From assembly GCA_022703425.1 (NCBI GenBank), contig JAKLDQ010000001.1, positions 36,243 through 100,242 on the forward strand: 64,000 bases of DNA, in the 5' to 3' direction. Position numbers and translations under genes: made by a program. Under the pieces are notes generated by a model. That model saw nothing but the letters and a program-made list of their open reading frames with translations, was not told the origin of the DNA and searched no databases. Every line of letters starts with the position of its first letter. The stretch's first letter is position 1. Shown in pieces: positions 40,935-50,657 of this stretch. This DNA is from Patescibacteria group bacterium (GTDB taxonomy: Bacteria; Patescibacteriota; Minisyncoccia; Minisyncoccales; Staskawiczbacteraceae).

Positions 40935-41366
40935 ATGCAGTTACACGAATTACAGCCAAAACACAAAGCAAAAGGGAAAAAGAGAGTTGGCAGAGGCGGA
41001 AGAAAAGGAACTTATTCAGGAAAAGGAAATAAGGGCCAGAGCTCAAGAGCCGGAAGAAAAATGGTGCCAATTATCAGAGAGCTTATTAAAAGGTATCCTA
41101 AATTGAGAGGATACAGAAGGTTTAAGCTGGACGATTATTCAGCTGTGTTAAATTTGGATGTTTTGGAAAAGCACGTTAAAGCCGGTGAAACCGTAAATCC
41201 TGAAAATTTGATAAAAATGGGATTAGTGCGTATGATAAGAGGAAGAGTTCCCGAAATAAAGATTCTTGGAAACGGAAAAATCTCAAAAAAAATAACAGTT
41301 GAAAACTGCAAAGCTTCAAAATCAGCAAAGGAGGCGATTGAAAAAGCAGGAGGGAACGTTAAGTAG
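40935..41366 (+). CDS. rplO: 50S ribosomal protein L15 (directly follows rpsE; no rpmD)
   Basis: LHELQPKHKAKGKKRVGRGGRKG. Confidence 0.9.
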   Translation: MQLHELQPKHKAKGKKRVGRGGRKGTYSGKGNKGQSSRAGRKMVPIIRELIKRYPKLRGYRRFKLDDYSAVLNLDVLEKHVKAGETVNPENLIKMGLVRMIRGRVPEIKILGNGKISKKITVENCKASKSAKEAIEKAGGNVK

Positions 41367-41425
41367 GCAATGAAACCCTTCCATTTTAAAATGTCAGGGT
41401 AATTTATTCGCTTCGCTCACAAATT

Positions 41426-42703
41426 ATGTGGTACGACAAAGTAGTATTTCTTTTTAAAAACAAAGAGCTGAGGAACAAATTTATTTTTGTTCTGTCATTG
41501 TTTATTATATTCAGAATCGCGGCCAACATTCCAATTCCCGGAATCGGAGCCCAGGATCTTGTAAAATTTTTCTCACAAAATCAGGTATTCGGCCTTCTGA
41601 ACCTATTTTCAGGAGGAGCTTTAAGCAACTTTTCTATTGTTCTGCTGGGACTTGGGCCCTATATTACTGCAACCATTATATTGCAGCTTTTAACAATGAT
41701 TTTTCCCGCATTGGAAAGGTTATATAAAGAAGAAGGAGAAGCCGGCAGGCAAAAATTCAACCAGTACTCACGATTGCTCACAATTCCATTGGCAATATTT
41801 GAGGGATATGGAATGCTGATGCTTTTTCAGAAGCAGGGAATCATATCAGCTCTTCCTTTACCGGTTTTAATCAGCTCTATAATTACAATAGTTGCAGGAG
41901 CAATGTTTTTAATGTGGCTCGGAGAAATCATCACCGAACAGGGCCTTGGAAACGGGATTTCACTGCTTATTTTTGCGGGTATCGTTGCAAGCCTGCCGAT
42001 GAATATTTTTCAGACGTTCGTAAGCTGGGATCCGGCGCGAATTCCCTCATATCTTTTATTTATTGTGCTGTCAATCGTGATAATCGCGGGTGTTGTCCTG
42101 ATTACAGAGGCCAGAAGAAACATTCCGGTTTCATACGCAAAGAGAGTAAGGGGAATGAAAATGTATGGAGGCGTTTCCACATATCTTCCGCTCAATGTTA
42201 ACCCGGCTGGAGTCATTCCGATTATTTTTGCGCTTTCAATACTTTTATTTCCGGGCATGATCGCAGGATTTTTCGGAAGCTACCCCGGAGTTGTGGGAAC
42301 TGTGGCAACAAACATCGGAGCATTCTTTAATAATGTCTGGATTCACGGAATATTGTATTTTCTGCTTGTCATAATGTTCACATATTTTTATACAGCCGTT
42401 ACTTTTGATCCGAAAACCATAGCAGAAAATCTGCAGAAAATGGGGGGATTCATTCCGGGCGTAAGGCCGGGGAATTCCACAACAGTTTATCTCAAACACA
42501 TTTTAAACAGAGTGTTGTTTACCGGCGCGATATTCCTTGGACTGATTGCGGTTCTGCCTTCTATTGTGGCGGGCATGACCGGAGTTACCGGATTCACATT
42601 CCTGATCGGAGGCACCTCATTGTTAATCGTCGTATCGGTGGTGCTCGACACGCTCCGTCAGGTAAACGCCCAATTGCAAATGCGAGAGTATGAAACTTTT
42701 TAA
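41426..42703 (+). CDS. secY: preprotein translocase subunit SecY
   Basis: 10 TM segments; GPYITATIILQLL. Confidence 0.95.
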   Translation: MWYDKVVFLFKNKELRNKFIFVLSLFIIFRIAANIPIPGIGAQDLVKFFSQNQVFGLLNLFSGGALSNFSIVLLGLGPYITATIILQLLTMIFPALERLYKEEGEAGRQKFNQYSRLLTIPLAIFEGYGMLMLFQKQGIISALPLPVLISSIITIVAGAMFLMWLGEIITEQGLGNGISLLIFAGIVASLPMNIFQTFVSWDPARIPSYLLFIVLSIVIIAGVVLITEARRNIPVSYAKRVRGMKMYGGVSTYLPLNVNPAGVIPIIFALSILLFPGMIAGFFGSYPGVVGTVATNIGAFFNNVWIHGILYFLLVIMFTYFYTAVTFDPKTIAENLQKMGGFIPGVRPGNSTTVYLKHILNRVLFTGAIFLGLIAVLPSIVAGMTGVTGFTFLIGGTSLLIVVSVVLDTLRQVNAQLQMREYETF

Positions 42704-42758
42704 CCTAACGGTTAAAAAGTTTTTGATTATTTAACAAATTTTTTAATTTTTAAATAAA

Positions 42759-43460
42759 ATGTCAAAGCAAGTTGTAATTTTATTCGGCCAGCCCGGGGCA
42801 GGAAAGGGAACGCAGGCAGAAATATTGGCAGACAAAACGGGATTCTATCATTTTGAATCCAGCAAAGTTATTGAGGCAAGCTTTGTCGAGTTTCCCCCCG
42901 AAAAGACTTTTGAAATTGAAGGCCAGACCTATAAAATAGAGGACGAAAAGAAAAGATGGGAAGCCGGATTGCTTAACAGTCCGCCTTTCGTTGTCTATTT
43001 GATGACCGAAAAAATAAAGGAGCTTGCCGACATGGGCAAATCCATTATTTTTTCCGGTTCTCCTAGAACTCTTTACGAGGCAGAAAGGGAAATCCCGCTC
43101 TTGAAGGAATTATACGGAGCAGAAAACATAAGATTTGTAATGCTCGAAATATCAGCCGAAACTACAATTTTCAGAAACTCAAACAGAAGAATTTGCGAAT
43201 TAATAAGGCATTCAATTCTTTTTAATAAGGAAACCGAGCAGTTGTCAGAATGCCCGCTTGACGGATCAAAACTTGTAAGAAGGAAAAAGCTTGATGATCC
43301 TGAAACAATAAAAACAAGACTGGAGATTTATAAAGAACAAACCTTTCCTGTCTCTCAATTTATTGAGAAAGAGGGCTTGCCCGTTCATAAAGTAAATGGC
43401 GAGCAGACAGTCGCGGAAGTTTTTGCAGACGTATTAAAGGCAGTAGAATCAAAGCAGTAA
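42759..43460 (+). CDS. adk: adenylate kinase
   Basis: LFGQPGAGKGTQA; Zn lid C...CPLDG. Confidence 0.85.
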   Translation: MSKQVVILFGQPGAGKGTQAEILADKTGFYHFESSKVIEASFVEFPPEKTFEIEGQTYKIEDEKKRWEAGLLNSPPFVVYLMTEKIKELADMGKSIIFSGSPRTLYEAEREIPLLKELYGAENIRFVMLEISAETTIFRNSNRRICELIRHSILFNKETEQLSECPLDGSKLVRRKKLDDPETIKTRLEIYKEQTFPVSQFIEKEGLPVHKVNGEQTVAEVFADVLKAVESKQ

Positions 43461-44207
43461 ATGGCAATTACGATAAAATCCGAAGAAGAAATTAAGATAA
43501 TGGCAGAAGGGGGCAAAATCCTGGCAACCGTTTTAAGTGAGGTTGAAAAAATGGTAAAGCCTGGAATTACCACCTTGGAGCTGGACAGGGCCGCAGAGGC
43601 CCTTATTTTAAAGCACGGCGCAAAGCCGGGATTTAAAAATTACGAAGGTTTTCCGTTCAGCCTGTGCGCTTCGGTGAACGAGGATATTGTCCACGGATTC
43701 CCCTCGGGCAGGGTGCTTTATGAGGGCGATGTGATCGGGCTGGATCTGGGCGTTTACTACAAGGATTATTATTCAGACATGTCCAAAACAATTGCCGTGG
43801 GGAAAATTTCTTTCGAAGCAAAAAGGCTTTTGGACGTAACAAAAAAATGCTTGCGCCTTGGAATCAAAAAAGTCAGGCCGGGGAATACTATTGGAGACAT
43901 TGGAAATACAATACAAAGGTTTGCGGAGGATCAGGGATATGGAGTAGTGCGGGAATTATGCGGGCACGGAATTGGAAAAGAACTGCACGAAGATCCGAAA
44001 ATCCCGAATTATGGCAAGAGGGGCGAGGGAGCAAAACTTGAAGAGGGAATGGTAATCTGCATTGAACCGATGCTGACGATGGGCGACTATCATCTGAAAA
44101 CAGCCAAAGACGGATACGGATATGCAACAAAAGACGGGTCATTATCAGCGCACTTTGAACACACGATAGCAGTCACAAAAAACGGAGCAAAGATACTGAC
44201 GGAATAA
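43461..44207 (+). CDS. map: methionine aminopeptidase type I
   Basis: pita-bread fold; FEHTIAVT. Confidence 0.9.
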   Translation: MAITIKSEEEIKIMAEGGKILATVLSEVEKMVKPGITTLELDRAAEALILKHGAKPGFKNYEGFPFSLCASVNEDIVHGFPSGRVLYEGDVIGLDLGVYYKDYYSDMSKTIAVGKISFEAKRLLDVTKKCLRLGIKKVRPGNTIGDIGNTIQRFAEDQGYGVVRELCGHGIGKELHEDPKIPNYGKRGEGAKLEEGMVICIEPMLTMGDYHLKTAKDGYGYATKDGSLSAHFEHTIAVTKNGAKILTE

Positions 44208-44209
44208 TA

Positions 44210-44232
44210 AAACGGCTTTTGCCGTTTTTTGT
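44210..44232 (+). terminator. rho-independent terminator
   Basis: AACGGCTTTTGCCGTT followed by TTTTTG. Confidence 0.6.
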
Positions 44233-44267
44233 TTTATGTTAAAATCAGCTAATTAATTATTTTCAAC

Positions 44268-45002
44268 ATGAAACCATTAATCGCAGGAAACTGGAAGATG
44301 AATCCAAACAGCGCAAAAGAGGCAAAAGAGCTGTTTGATGAAATTAAAAAAGGAATAAAAACGGCAAAATCGGAAGTGGTTGTTTGTCCGCCGTTTGTTT
44401 ATCTTTCCCAGCTGAACGGACTTTCTTTGGGGGCGCAAAACGATTTTTACGAAGAAAAAGGGGCTTATACCGGAGAAATCTCTGCATCAATGCTGAAGGA
44501 TTTGGACATAGATTATGTAATTCTGGGCCATTCAGAGCGCAGAAAATATTTTAACGAGACAGACGAACAGATAAACAAAAAAATAAAAAAATCTCTAGGG
44601 CAGGGGCTTAAAATAATTTTTTGCATAGGCGAAACAGCAGAGGAGAGAGATGCGCAGAAAAAATCAGAGGTTCTGGAAAAACAGATTAAAGAGGGGCTGA
44701 AAGGCGTAACGCGGGAAGAAATGAAAAGCATAAATATTGCGTATGAGCCTGTTTGGGCAATCGGCACCGGAAATAATTGCTCGGTTGATGAAACAATGAG
44801 TTCAGTGCTTTTTATCAGAAAAACAATATCTGATTTGTATAACAGGGAAATTGCAGACAACACAAGAATTCTTTACGGAGGAAGTGTGAAAAAAGATAAT
44901 TCCGGTTCATACATTAAGGATGCCGGCGCAAACGGATTGCTCGTCGGAGGCGCCTCGTTGAATGCAGATGATTTTGTTGAAATTGTAAAATCGGCAGAAT
45001 GA
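44268..45002 (+). CDS. tpiA: triosephosphate isomerase
   Basis: AGNWKMN; AYEPVWAIGTG; GGASL. Confidence 0.9.
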   Translation: MKPLIAGNWKMNPNSAKEAKELFDEIKKGIKTAKSEVVVCPPFVYLSQLNGLSLGAQNDFYEEKGAYTGEISASMLKDLDIDYVILGHSERRKYFNETDEQINKKIKKSLGQGLKIIFCIGETAEERDAQKKSEVLEKQIKEGLKGVTREEMKSINIAYEPVWAIGTGNNCSVDETMSSVLFIRKTISDLYNREIADNTRILYGGSVKKDNSGSYIKDAGANGLLVGGASLNADDFVEIVKSAE

Positions 45003-45068
45003 CAGAATATCGGAATGTCAGAAATTGCGGGAATTGACTTGTTTTGCTGTTTTATGTAGTGTAAAAAT

Positions 45069-45605
45069 ATGAACGATGACATCATAAATAACGGAAGCTT
45101 CTTCAGCCCCAGCAAGGGCGATATTAGTTTTGAAGAGGTGATTGGCGAGATTTATAACTACATTTCCGAGAAACCGGAATTTTTTTATGATATTGTTGTC
45201 GGATGTGATTCGCCCTCATCAGACAAGCCGTTTTTTCCGATTGCAATTGTTGTTTTGAGAACGGGAGCCGGCGGGAGATTTTTTCTTAAAAAAATGCGTT
45301 ATCCGGATAATTTTCTGAAAAAATTCGCCCACGTGCCTACAAATTGGAAGAGCAGGATATTAAACGAGGTTTATTTGTCCTGCGAGCTTGCTCTTTCTTT
45401 GCGCGAAACTCTTGAAAAAGAATTCGGTAAGGCTTCGCCAAATTTTAATTATCAGTTTCAGTACATTCACGCAGATGTCGGTGAAGTCGGCAAGACAAAA
45501 GAGATGGTCAGGGAAGTGGTGGGACTGATAAGGAGCAGCGGATTCGAACCGATTATAAAACCGTTGTCGTTTGCAGCATCAGTCGTTGCAGACAGGTATA
45601 CATAG
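45069..45605 (+). CDS. hypothetical protein, possibly DUF458/YkuK-like RNase H fold
   Basis: 178-aa ORF; weak resemblance only (DIVVGCDS ... AIVVLRTGAGGRFF). Confidence 0.4.
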   Translation: MNDDIINNGSFFSPSKGDISFEEVIGEIYNYISEKPEFFYDIVVGCDSPSSDKPFFPIAIVVLRTGAGGRFFLKKMRYPDNFLKKFAHVPTNWKSRILNEVYLSCELALSLRETLEKEFGKASPNFNYQFQYIHADVGEVGKTKEMVREVVGLIRSSGFEPIIKPLSFAASVVADRYT

Positions 45606-45676
45606 CTGGTTGTCTGGTTTTTCTGGGTATTTTTGACCGCCGGGGGCGGTTTTTGTATGGAATTTTTTGCTTTTTT

Positions 45677-45704
45677 GAACGGCTCACTTCGAAGTGAGCC
45701 GTTC
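45677..45704. repeat. hairpin GAACGGCTCACTTCGAAGTGAGCCGTTC, one member of a dispersed AACGGCTCA...TGAGCCGTT palindromic motif
   Basis: same stem sequence recurs at 46416-46446 and in the outer arms of the 28311-28630 element. Confidence 0.5.
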
Positions 45705-45716
45705 ATGGAAAGGGGT

Positions 45717-45744
45717 TTGACATATTTATTTTGTTTTGTATAAT
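45717..45744 (+). promoter_or_regulatory. consensus sigma70 promoter TTGACA-16-TATAAT at the head of the GC-rich noncoding region
   Basis: read directly. Confidence 0.5.
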
Positions 45745-45751
45745 AAAAAAT

Positions 45752-46387
45752 ATTAAAATCCCTTGATGGCTTAATGCATGTGCGACAGAGTCCGATTCTG
45801 TACTGGGGGACGCAATCCGTCCACAATGAGCTGAAAAGCACATCCCTCCAAAAGAAGTGCAATTCTGGCCCCAGTGGTCTGCCTTCGGCGTCCGTTTACG
45901 GGATTTGACGGGCAGGCAGGCGATAACCGCGCAGGAAAAACAGTTGCATCGGCCAAGCGCACGACGGTGCACGCGTGCAGACTTCGGCGTTTTTCCCTTT
46001 AAGCCATCATTTTGCTCTTTGAAAATAAGTTCGGATAAAAAAGCGTGTTATGGCGACAACTCCGGAAACGGAGCAGTTGGGTCCGATTCCCAAACGCTTG
46101 GTTGTGTGGAAACTGATTTTGTTGTGCTGCGTAGGTGGGAGACATTGAAGCACGGGCGCCAGCTTGTGCAGAGTCGCTAAAGCGACACCACCCTCTTAAT
46201 CGGTTTTCATATTGCCTCCGAACTTATATAAACTTCTTCGTCGCGAGGGCGCGTTGCCGTTGCGTGGTGGCCAGGTGGGCCGTGGAGGGGTGGGAACAGC
46301 CATGTTCAAACCGTCGGTTCGACTCCGACAAAACTTGGCCAGGGCCGTCAGAATTTTCAAGGGGTCTTGATCTGACGGCCTCTTTTA
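45752..46387 (+). ncRNA. candidate structured ncRNA transcript (~60% GC), identity unresolved; tmRNA-like, RNase P-like and SRP-like features all present
   Basis: bounded by a consensus promoter and the 46343-46387 terminator; no credible ORF; tRNA-like T-arm GTCGG-TTCGACT-CCGAC then ...CTTGG-CCA at 46313-46341; GGAUUUGACGGG box at 45901; UCCGGAAACGGAGCAG (GNRA-capped helix) at 46069. Confidence 0.45.
46343..46387 (+). terminator. rho-independent terminator
   Basis: GGCCGTCAGA...TCTGACGGCC followed by TCTTTTA. Confidence 0.65.
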
Positions 46388-46415
46388 TTACATTTTTGTA
46401 ACACCGTCTTTTTCC

Positions 46416-46446
46416 AACGGCTCAACGTGAGTTGAGCCGTTTTTGT
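46416..46446 (+). terminator. second hairpin terminator (REP-like motif copy)
   Basis: CAACGGCTCAACGTGAGTTGAGCCGTT followed by TTTG. Confidence 0.55.
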
Positions 46447-46496
46447 ATACGAAGGCGATTCTTGCCGTGCAAAAAAATTTAATGTAGAATACAGTA

Positions 46497-48275
46497 ATGA
46501 ATTCCTCCGAATTAAGGACAAAATTTTTAAATTTTTTCAAGAGCAAAGGGCACGCAGTTATTCCTTCAGCTTCTTTGATTCCGGAAAACGATCCTACCGT
46601 TTTGTTTACTACCGCCGGAATGCATCCCTTGGTGCCTTATCTGCTCGGACAAAAACACCCTGAAGGAACAAGGTTAACTGATGCGCAAAAATGCATTAGA
46701 ACAGGTGATATTGAAGATGTGGGTGATGATACGCACCTTACTTTTTTTGAGATGCTCGGAAACTGGTCGTTGGGCGACTATTGGAAAGAAGATGCGATAA
46801 AATGGAGCTTTGAATTTTTGACAGAAGAACTTAAGGTTCCACTGGACCGCCTGGCAGTTTCATGTTTTTCCGGAGACGATGATGCGCCAAAAGACGAGGA
46901 ATCAGCAAAAATTTGGGAATCTTTGGGGATAAAAAAAGAAAGGATTGCTTTTCTTCCAAAAGAAGACAACTGGTGGGGGCCTGCCGGAAAGACCGGTCCG
47001 TGCGGTCCGGATACAGAGATGTTTTATTGGAAACTGAATGATGAGCCGGCTCCTGAAACTTTTGATCCAAAAAACAAGAACTGGGTTGAAATTTGGAACG
47101 ATGTTTTTATGCAGTATGTAAAAGATGAAAATGGAAAGTTTCTTCCGGCAGAACAAAAAAACGTTGATACAGGAATGGGACTGGAAAGGACAGTTGCAGT
47201 ATTAAACGGAAAAGAAAATGTTTACGAGACGGATGCATTTGATTTCATAATCAAAAAAATTGAAGAATTATCCGGAAAAAAATATAACGAAGACCCAAAG
47301 TCCTTCAGAATAGTTGCCGATCATTTGAAGGCGGCAACGTTTATTGTCGGAGATAATAAAGGAGTTGCTCCGAGTAATCTGGGGCAGGGATACATTGTCA
47401 GACGCTTGATAAGAAGAGCAATAAGATTCGGGGAAAAACTAGGAATTGGCCGAAAGAATTGGCTTGCAGATGTTGCTGAAATTATTGCCGGAAACTACAA
47501 AAGCGCCTATCCAGAAATTTTAAAAAACCTTGATTTTGTCAGATTTGAATTCTCCAAAGAAGAAGAGAAATTTGGCGCAACAATTGAAAGAGGAATTATA
47601 GAGACAACATCAGAAATTACTAGCATGGGTCATCTTACCGGGGATGCTGCATTTAGGTTATATGAGACGTATGGGATGCCACCTGAACTAAGTCAAGAAA
47701 TTGCTCGCGAAAAGAAATTTAAAATTTCTCGCAATTTTCATACAGAATACGGTATTGCCAAGGAAAAACACCAGGAATTATCGCGCACATCCTCTGCGGG
47801 AATGTTTAAGGGCGGACTTGCTGATGCATCAGAACAGACAACAAAATATCATACTGCAACACATTTGCTTCTTGCGGGATTGAGAAAAGTTTTGGGCGAT
47901 CACGTGACTCAGAAAGGAAGCAATATTACTGCTGAAAGAATAAGGTTTGACTTCGCGCATAAAGAGAAAATGACTTCTTCACAGATAAAAGATGTAGAAA
48001 ATTTTGTAAATGATATAATAAAGAAAGATTTGCCTGTCTATTGTGAAGAAATGACTCTTGAGAAAGCCCGTGAGCTTAACGCTATGGGAGTTTTTGAATC
48101 AAAATACGGCGAAAAGGTGAAAGTATACACAGTGGGAGAAGGAGATGATATTGCAAGCAGAGAAATTTGCGGAGGGCCTCATGTTGAAAGAACAGGAATA
48201 TTAGGACACTTTAAAATACAAAAGGAAGAAAGTTCTTCCTCCGGCGTAAGAAGAATCAAAGCGATACTCGAATAA
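46497..48275 (+). CDS. alaS: alanine--tRNA ligase, short 592-aa form lacking the C-terminal C-Ala/oligomerisation region
   Basis: FTTAGMHP; FFEMLGNWSLGDYWK; editing HxxxH (HTATHLL); CGGPHV. Confidence 0.85.
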   Translation: MNSSELRTKFLNFFKSKGHAVIPSASLIPENDPTVLFTTAGMHPLVPYLLGQKHPEGTRLTDAQKCIRTGDIEDVGDDTHLTFFEMLGNWSLGDYWKEDAIKWSFEFLTEELKVPLDRLAVSCFSGDDDAPKDEESAKIWESLGIKKERIAFLPKEDNWWGPAGKTGPCGPDTEMFYWKLNDEPAPETFDPKNKNWVEIWNDVFMQYVKDENGKFLPAEQKNVDTGMGLERTVAVLNGKENVYETDAFDFIIKKIEELSGKKYNEDPKSFRIVADHLKAATFIVGDNKGVAPSNLGQGYIVRRLIRRAIRFGEKLGIGRKNWLADVAEIIAGNYKSAYPEILKNLDFVRFEFSKEEEKFGATIERGIIETTSEITSMGHLTGDAAFRLYETYGMPPELSQEIAREKKFKISRNFHTEYGIAKEKHQELSRTSSAGMFKGGLADASEQTTKYHTATHLLLAGLRKVLGDHVTQKGSNITAERIRFDFAHKEKMTSSQIKDVENFVNDIIKKDLPVYCEEMTLEKARELNAMGVFESKYGEKVKVYTVGEGDDIASREICGGPHVERTGILGHFKIQKEESSSSGVRRIKAILE

Positions 48276-48299
48276 AAATAATTTTTTTAAACTTTTATA

Positions 48300-49577
48300 A
48301 TGGCTAAAAAAATTTACGATATCGTTCCGCCTAAAGCACGGCATAAAGCCGAAGCGGGCAAAAAAGCAGAAACTGTGCACAAGCATGCCCATACAAAGCA
48401 TGCCGTCCGTCACAATGCCAGCAGTTTTCCCTTCTTGAGGGTTGCTTATATCTCGGGGGCTGTCGTTATTATTTTATTAGCCGTTTTTTTGTATTTTAAA
48501 CTGCAACGAGTAGAAGTATCCATCTGGCCTAAAACTGAAATTTTAAATTTTGAAGAGAAAATTACTGCAGATAAAAGCGCTGATGCGGTTGACCCGGTAA
48601 AAGGTATTATCCCGGCGCAGTTTATAGAAGATGAAAAGGAGCTGTCGCAGGAATTTCAGGCGACTGGCGAATCAGCTGAGGATACCAAGGCAGGGGGAAC
48701 AATAAAAGTGTTTAACAATGAGACTTCTTCTGTGACATTAAAAATCGGGACGCACTTTTTATCCGATTCCGGAAAATATTTTATCAGCTTGTCTCGTATT
48801 GTAATTCCTGCCGGAAAAAAGAGCGGGAGCAAGGTTACGCCCGGTTCGGTTGATGTGAAGGTTCAGGCGGTTGAAGCAGGAAGCGGATCAAATATCGGTC
48901 CTGCAAAATTTTCTGTTCCAAAACTTGCCGGAAATCCTCTTTATTACAGCGTGTATGCCAGCTCGTCTGCTTCGATGTCCGGAGGATCTGAAAAAGACGT
49001 AAGGCAGGTAAGCGAAAAAGATGTTGATGACGCAGAGACAGCGGTGACAGAAAAAGCGAGAGAGCAATTAAAAGAATCCTTAAAATCCAAAATCACCGGA
49101 GAACAAATTCTTTTGGACGATGCACTGTTAATTGATATTTTAGAAAGTTCGCCGTCAGTGAAGGTTGGAACGGCGGCTTCAAACTTCAATTATCAGGTAA
49201 AGCTGAAAGGTTCTGCGCTGGTAATCAAAAAGGAGGATCTTAGAATGTTTGTGAAGGATTATTTGCTTTCACGCTCTCCGGCAGGAAACACCATATTGGA
49301 CGAAAGCATTTGGATGGACTACTCGGTGGACTCAGCCGATTTGAAAACCGGAAAAATGACCATAAAAATTTCTTTTTCCGGAAAAAATTATGCTGAGATA
49401 AACAAGGAAACATACGTAAGTTCCTTCCGCCAAAAAACAGAGAATCAGATTATAAACGAGGTGAGTGCGGATTTCGGAGAGAATGTTTCAAAAGTTGATG
49501 TAAAACTCTGGCCGTTCTGGACAATGAAAGCTCCGTCAGAGAAGGAAAAAATCAGGATTAAACTCCATTTTGATTAA
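48300..49577 (+). CDS. hypothetical membrane-anchored protein
   Basis: His/Lys-rich N-terminus, one TM, then a 350-aa beta-rich domain; no recognised motif. Confidence 0.5.
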   Translation: MAKKIYDIVPPKARHKAEAGKKAETVHKHAHTKHAVRHNASSFPFLRVAYISGAVVIILLAVFLYFKLQRVEVSIWPKTEILNFEEKITADKSADAVDPVKGIIPAQFIEDEKELSQEFQATGESAEDTKAGGTIKVFNNETSSVTLKIGTHFLSDSGKYFISLSRIVIPAGKKSGSKVTPGSVDVKVQAVEAGSGSNIGPAKFSVPKLAGNPLYYSVYASSSASMSGGSEKDVRQVSEKDVDDAETAVTEKAREQLKESLKSKITGEQILLDDALLIDILESSPSVKVGTAASNFNYQVKLKGSALVIKKEDLRMFVKDYLLSRSPAGNTILDESIWMDYSVDSADLKTGKMTIKISFSGKNYAEINKETYVSSFRQKTENQIINEVSADFGENVSKVDVKLWPFWTMKAPSEKEKIRIKLHFD

Positions 49578-49733
49578 AAAAACGGGTAGGAAAACAAGGA
49601 ATATTGCGTTATGCTCCTGGGTGCTTGACTTTAAACTATTAATTTGTTAGTATAATAAATTCCACCCAGTTAAATTAAAAGCAGATTTTAACTTTGGCGT
49701 GGCCGAAGTTATTTAACAGGGTAAAATAAAACA

Positions 49734-49970
49734 GTGAACGAAGGGAAAAACCAAGACTCAAAAAAAGTCGTAAGGTGCGACGGAAGGGTTATCGAAGCCT
49801 TGCCGAATGCATTCTTTAAGATAGCATTGGAGGATGGAAGAGAGGTGATAGGATTTCTTTCCGGTAAAATGAGACTCCACAGAATCACAATTTTGCCGGG
49901 AGATAAGGTAACGCTGGAAATGACGCCTTATGATCAATCAAAAGGGAGAATAGTGTATAGATTAAAATAA
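49734..49970 (+). CDS. infA: translation initiation factor IF-1 (GTG start)
   Basis: [14 protein letters not shown]...[16 protein letters not shown]. Confidence 0.9.
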   Translation: MNEGKNQDSKKVVRCDGRVIEALPNAFFKIALEDGREVIGFLSGKMRLHRITILPGDKVTLEMTPYDQSKGRIVYRLK

Positions 49971-50058
49971 AACGAGCTACAGCGAGTTTTTACCCCGCCC
50001 TCTGGGCTTTTGTTTTTTACATTAGCATAGAGGGCGGGGTTCATAATATTTCTATATC

Positions 50059-50175
50059 ATGAAAGTAAAACCATCAGTTAAAAAAATGTGCAAAGATTGC
50101 AAGATCGTCAGAAGAGAGGGTCGGATTTATGTCATCTGCAAAAAGAATCCAAAACACAAACAGAGACAGGGATAA
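50059..50175 (+). CDS. rpmJ: 50S ribosomal protein L36, 38 aa, absent from the ORF track
   Basis: [38 protein letters not shown]. Confidence 0.9.
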   Translation: MKVKPSVKKMCKDCKIVRREGRIYVICKKNPKHKQRQG

Positions 50176-50209
50176 ATAAAATCATACTTAAATAATTTTA
50201 CTAAAAGTC

Positions 50210-50599
50210 ATGCCAAGAATTGCGGGAGTAAATATTCCTGAAAACAAAAGAATAGAAATTGCTTTAACCTATATATATGGAATAGGAGGCCATTTGAGTA
50301 AGGAAATTCTCAAACTGGCACAGGTTGATGCCAACAAAAAAGCAAAAGATCTTACCCCAAAAGAAGTTAACGACCTCAAGGAGCTTATTGAAAAAAATCA
50401 CAAAATCGAGGGAGATTTGAGAAGGCAGGTTATGATTAATATCAAAAGGCTGAAAGACATCGGAGCATGGAGGGGAATGAGGCATGCAAAGGGATTACCG
50501 GTAAGAGGCCAAAGGACAAAAACAAATAACAGAACAATAAGAGGCAATGTCAGGAAGACCATGGGTTCGGGAAGAAAGCCTGCAGCTACGCCGACATAA
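50210..50599 (+). CDS. rpsM: 30S ribosomal protein S13
   Basis: [26 protein letters not shown]. Confidence 0.95.
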   Translation: MPRIAGVNIPENKRIEIALTYIYGIGGHLSKEILKLAQVDANKKAKDLTPKEVNDLKELIEKNHKIEGDLRRQVMINIKRLKDIGAWRGMRHAKGLPVRGQRTKTNNRTIRGNVRKTMGSGRKPAATPT

Positions 50600-50657
50600 T
50601 TGTTTACACTTCGTCCGTCGGGACTCAGTGTGATTTATTCACTTTCGTTCATAAATC

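Noticed and set aside
45888-46341. Definite tmRNA (ssrA) call
   Set aside because: A tmRNA-like GGAUUUGACGGG box and a tRNA-like T-arm are present. However, I could not pair a 5' acceptor strand with the 3' AAAACUUGG-CCA end, nor find a convincing ...AA-stop tag reading frame. It is left as an unresolved ncRNA.
45703-46401. Four overlapping 60-110-aa ORFs on both strands in the GC-rich region
   Set aside because: These are typical chance ORFs of GC-rich structured RNA. They overlap each other, lack RBSs, and the region is bracketed by a promoter and terminator with tRNA-like structure.
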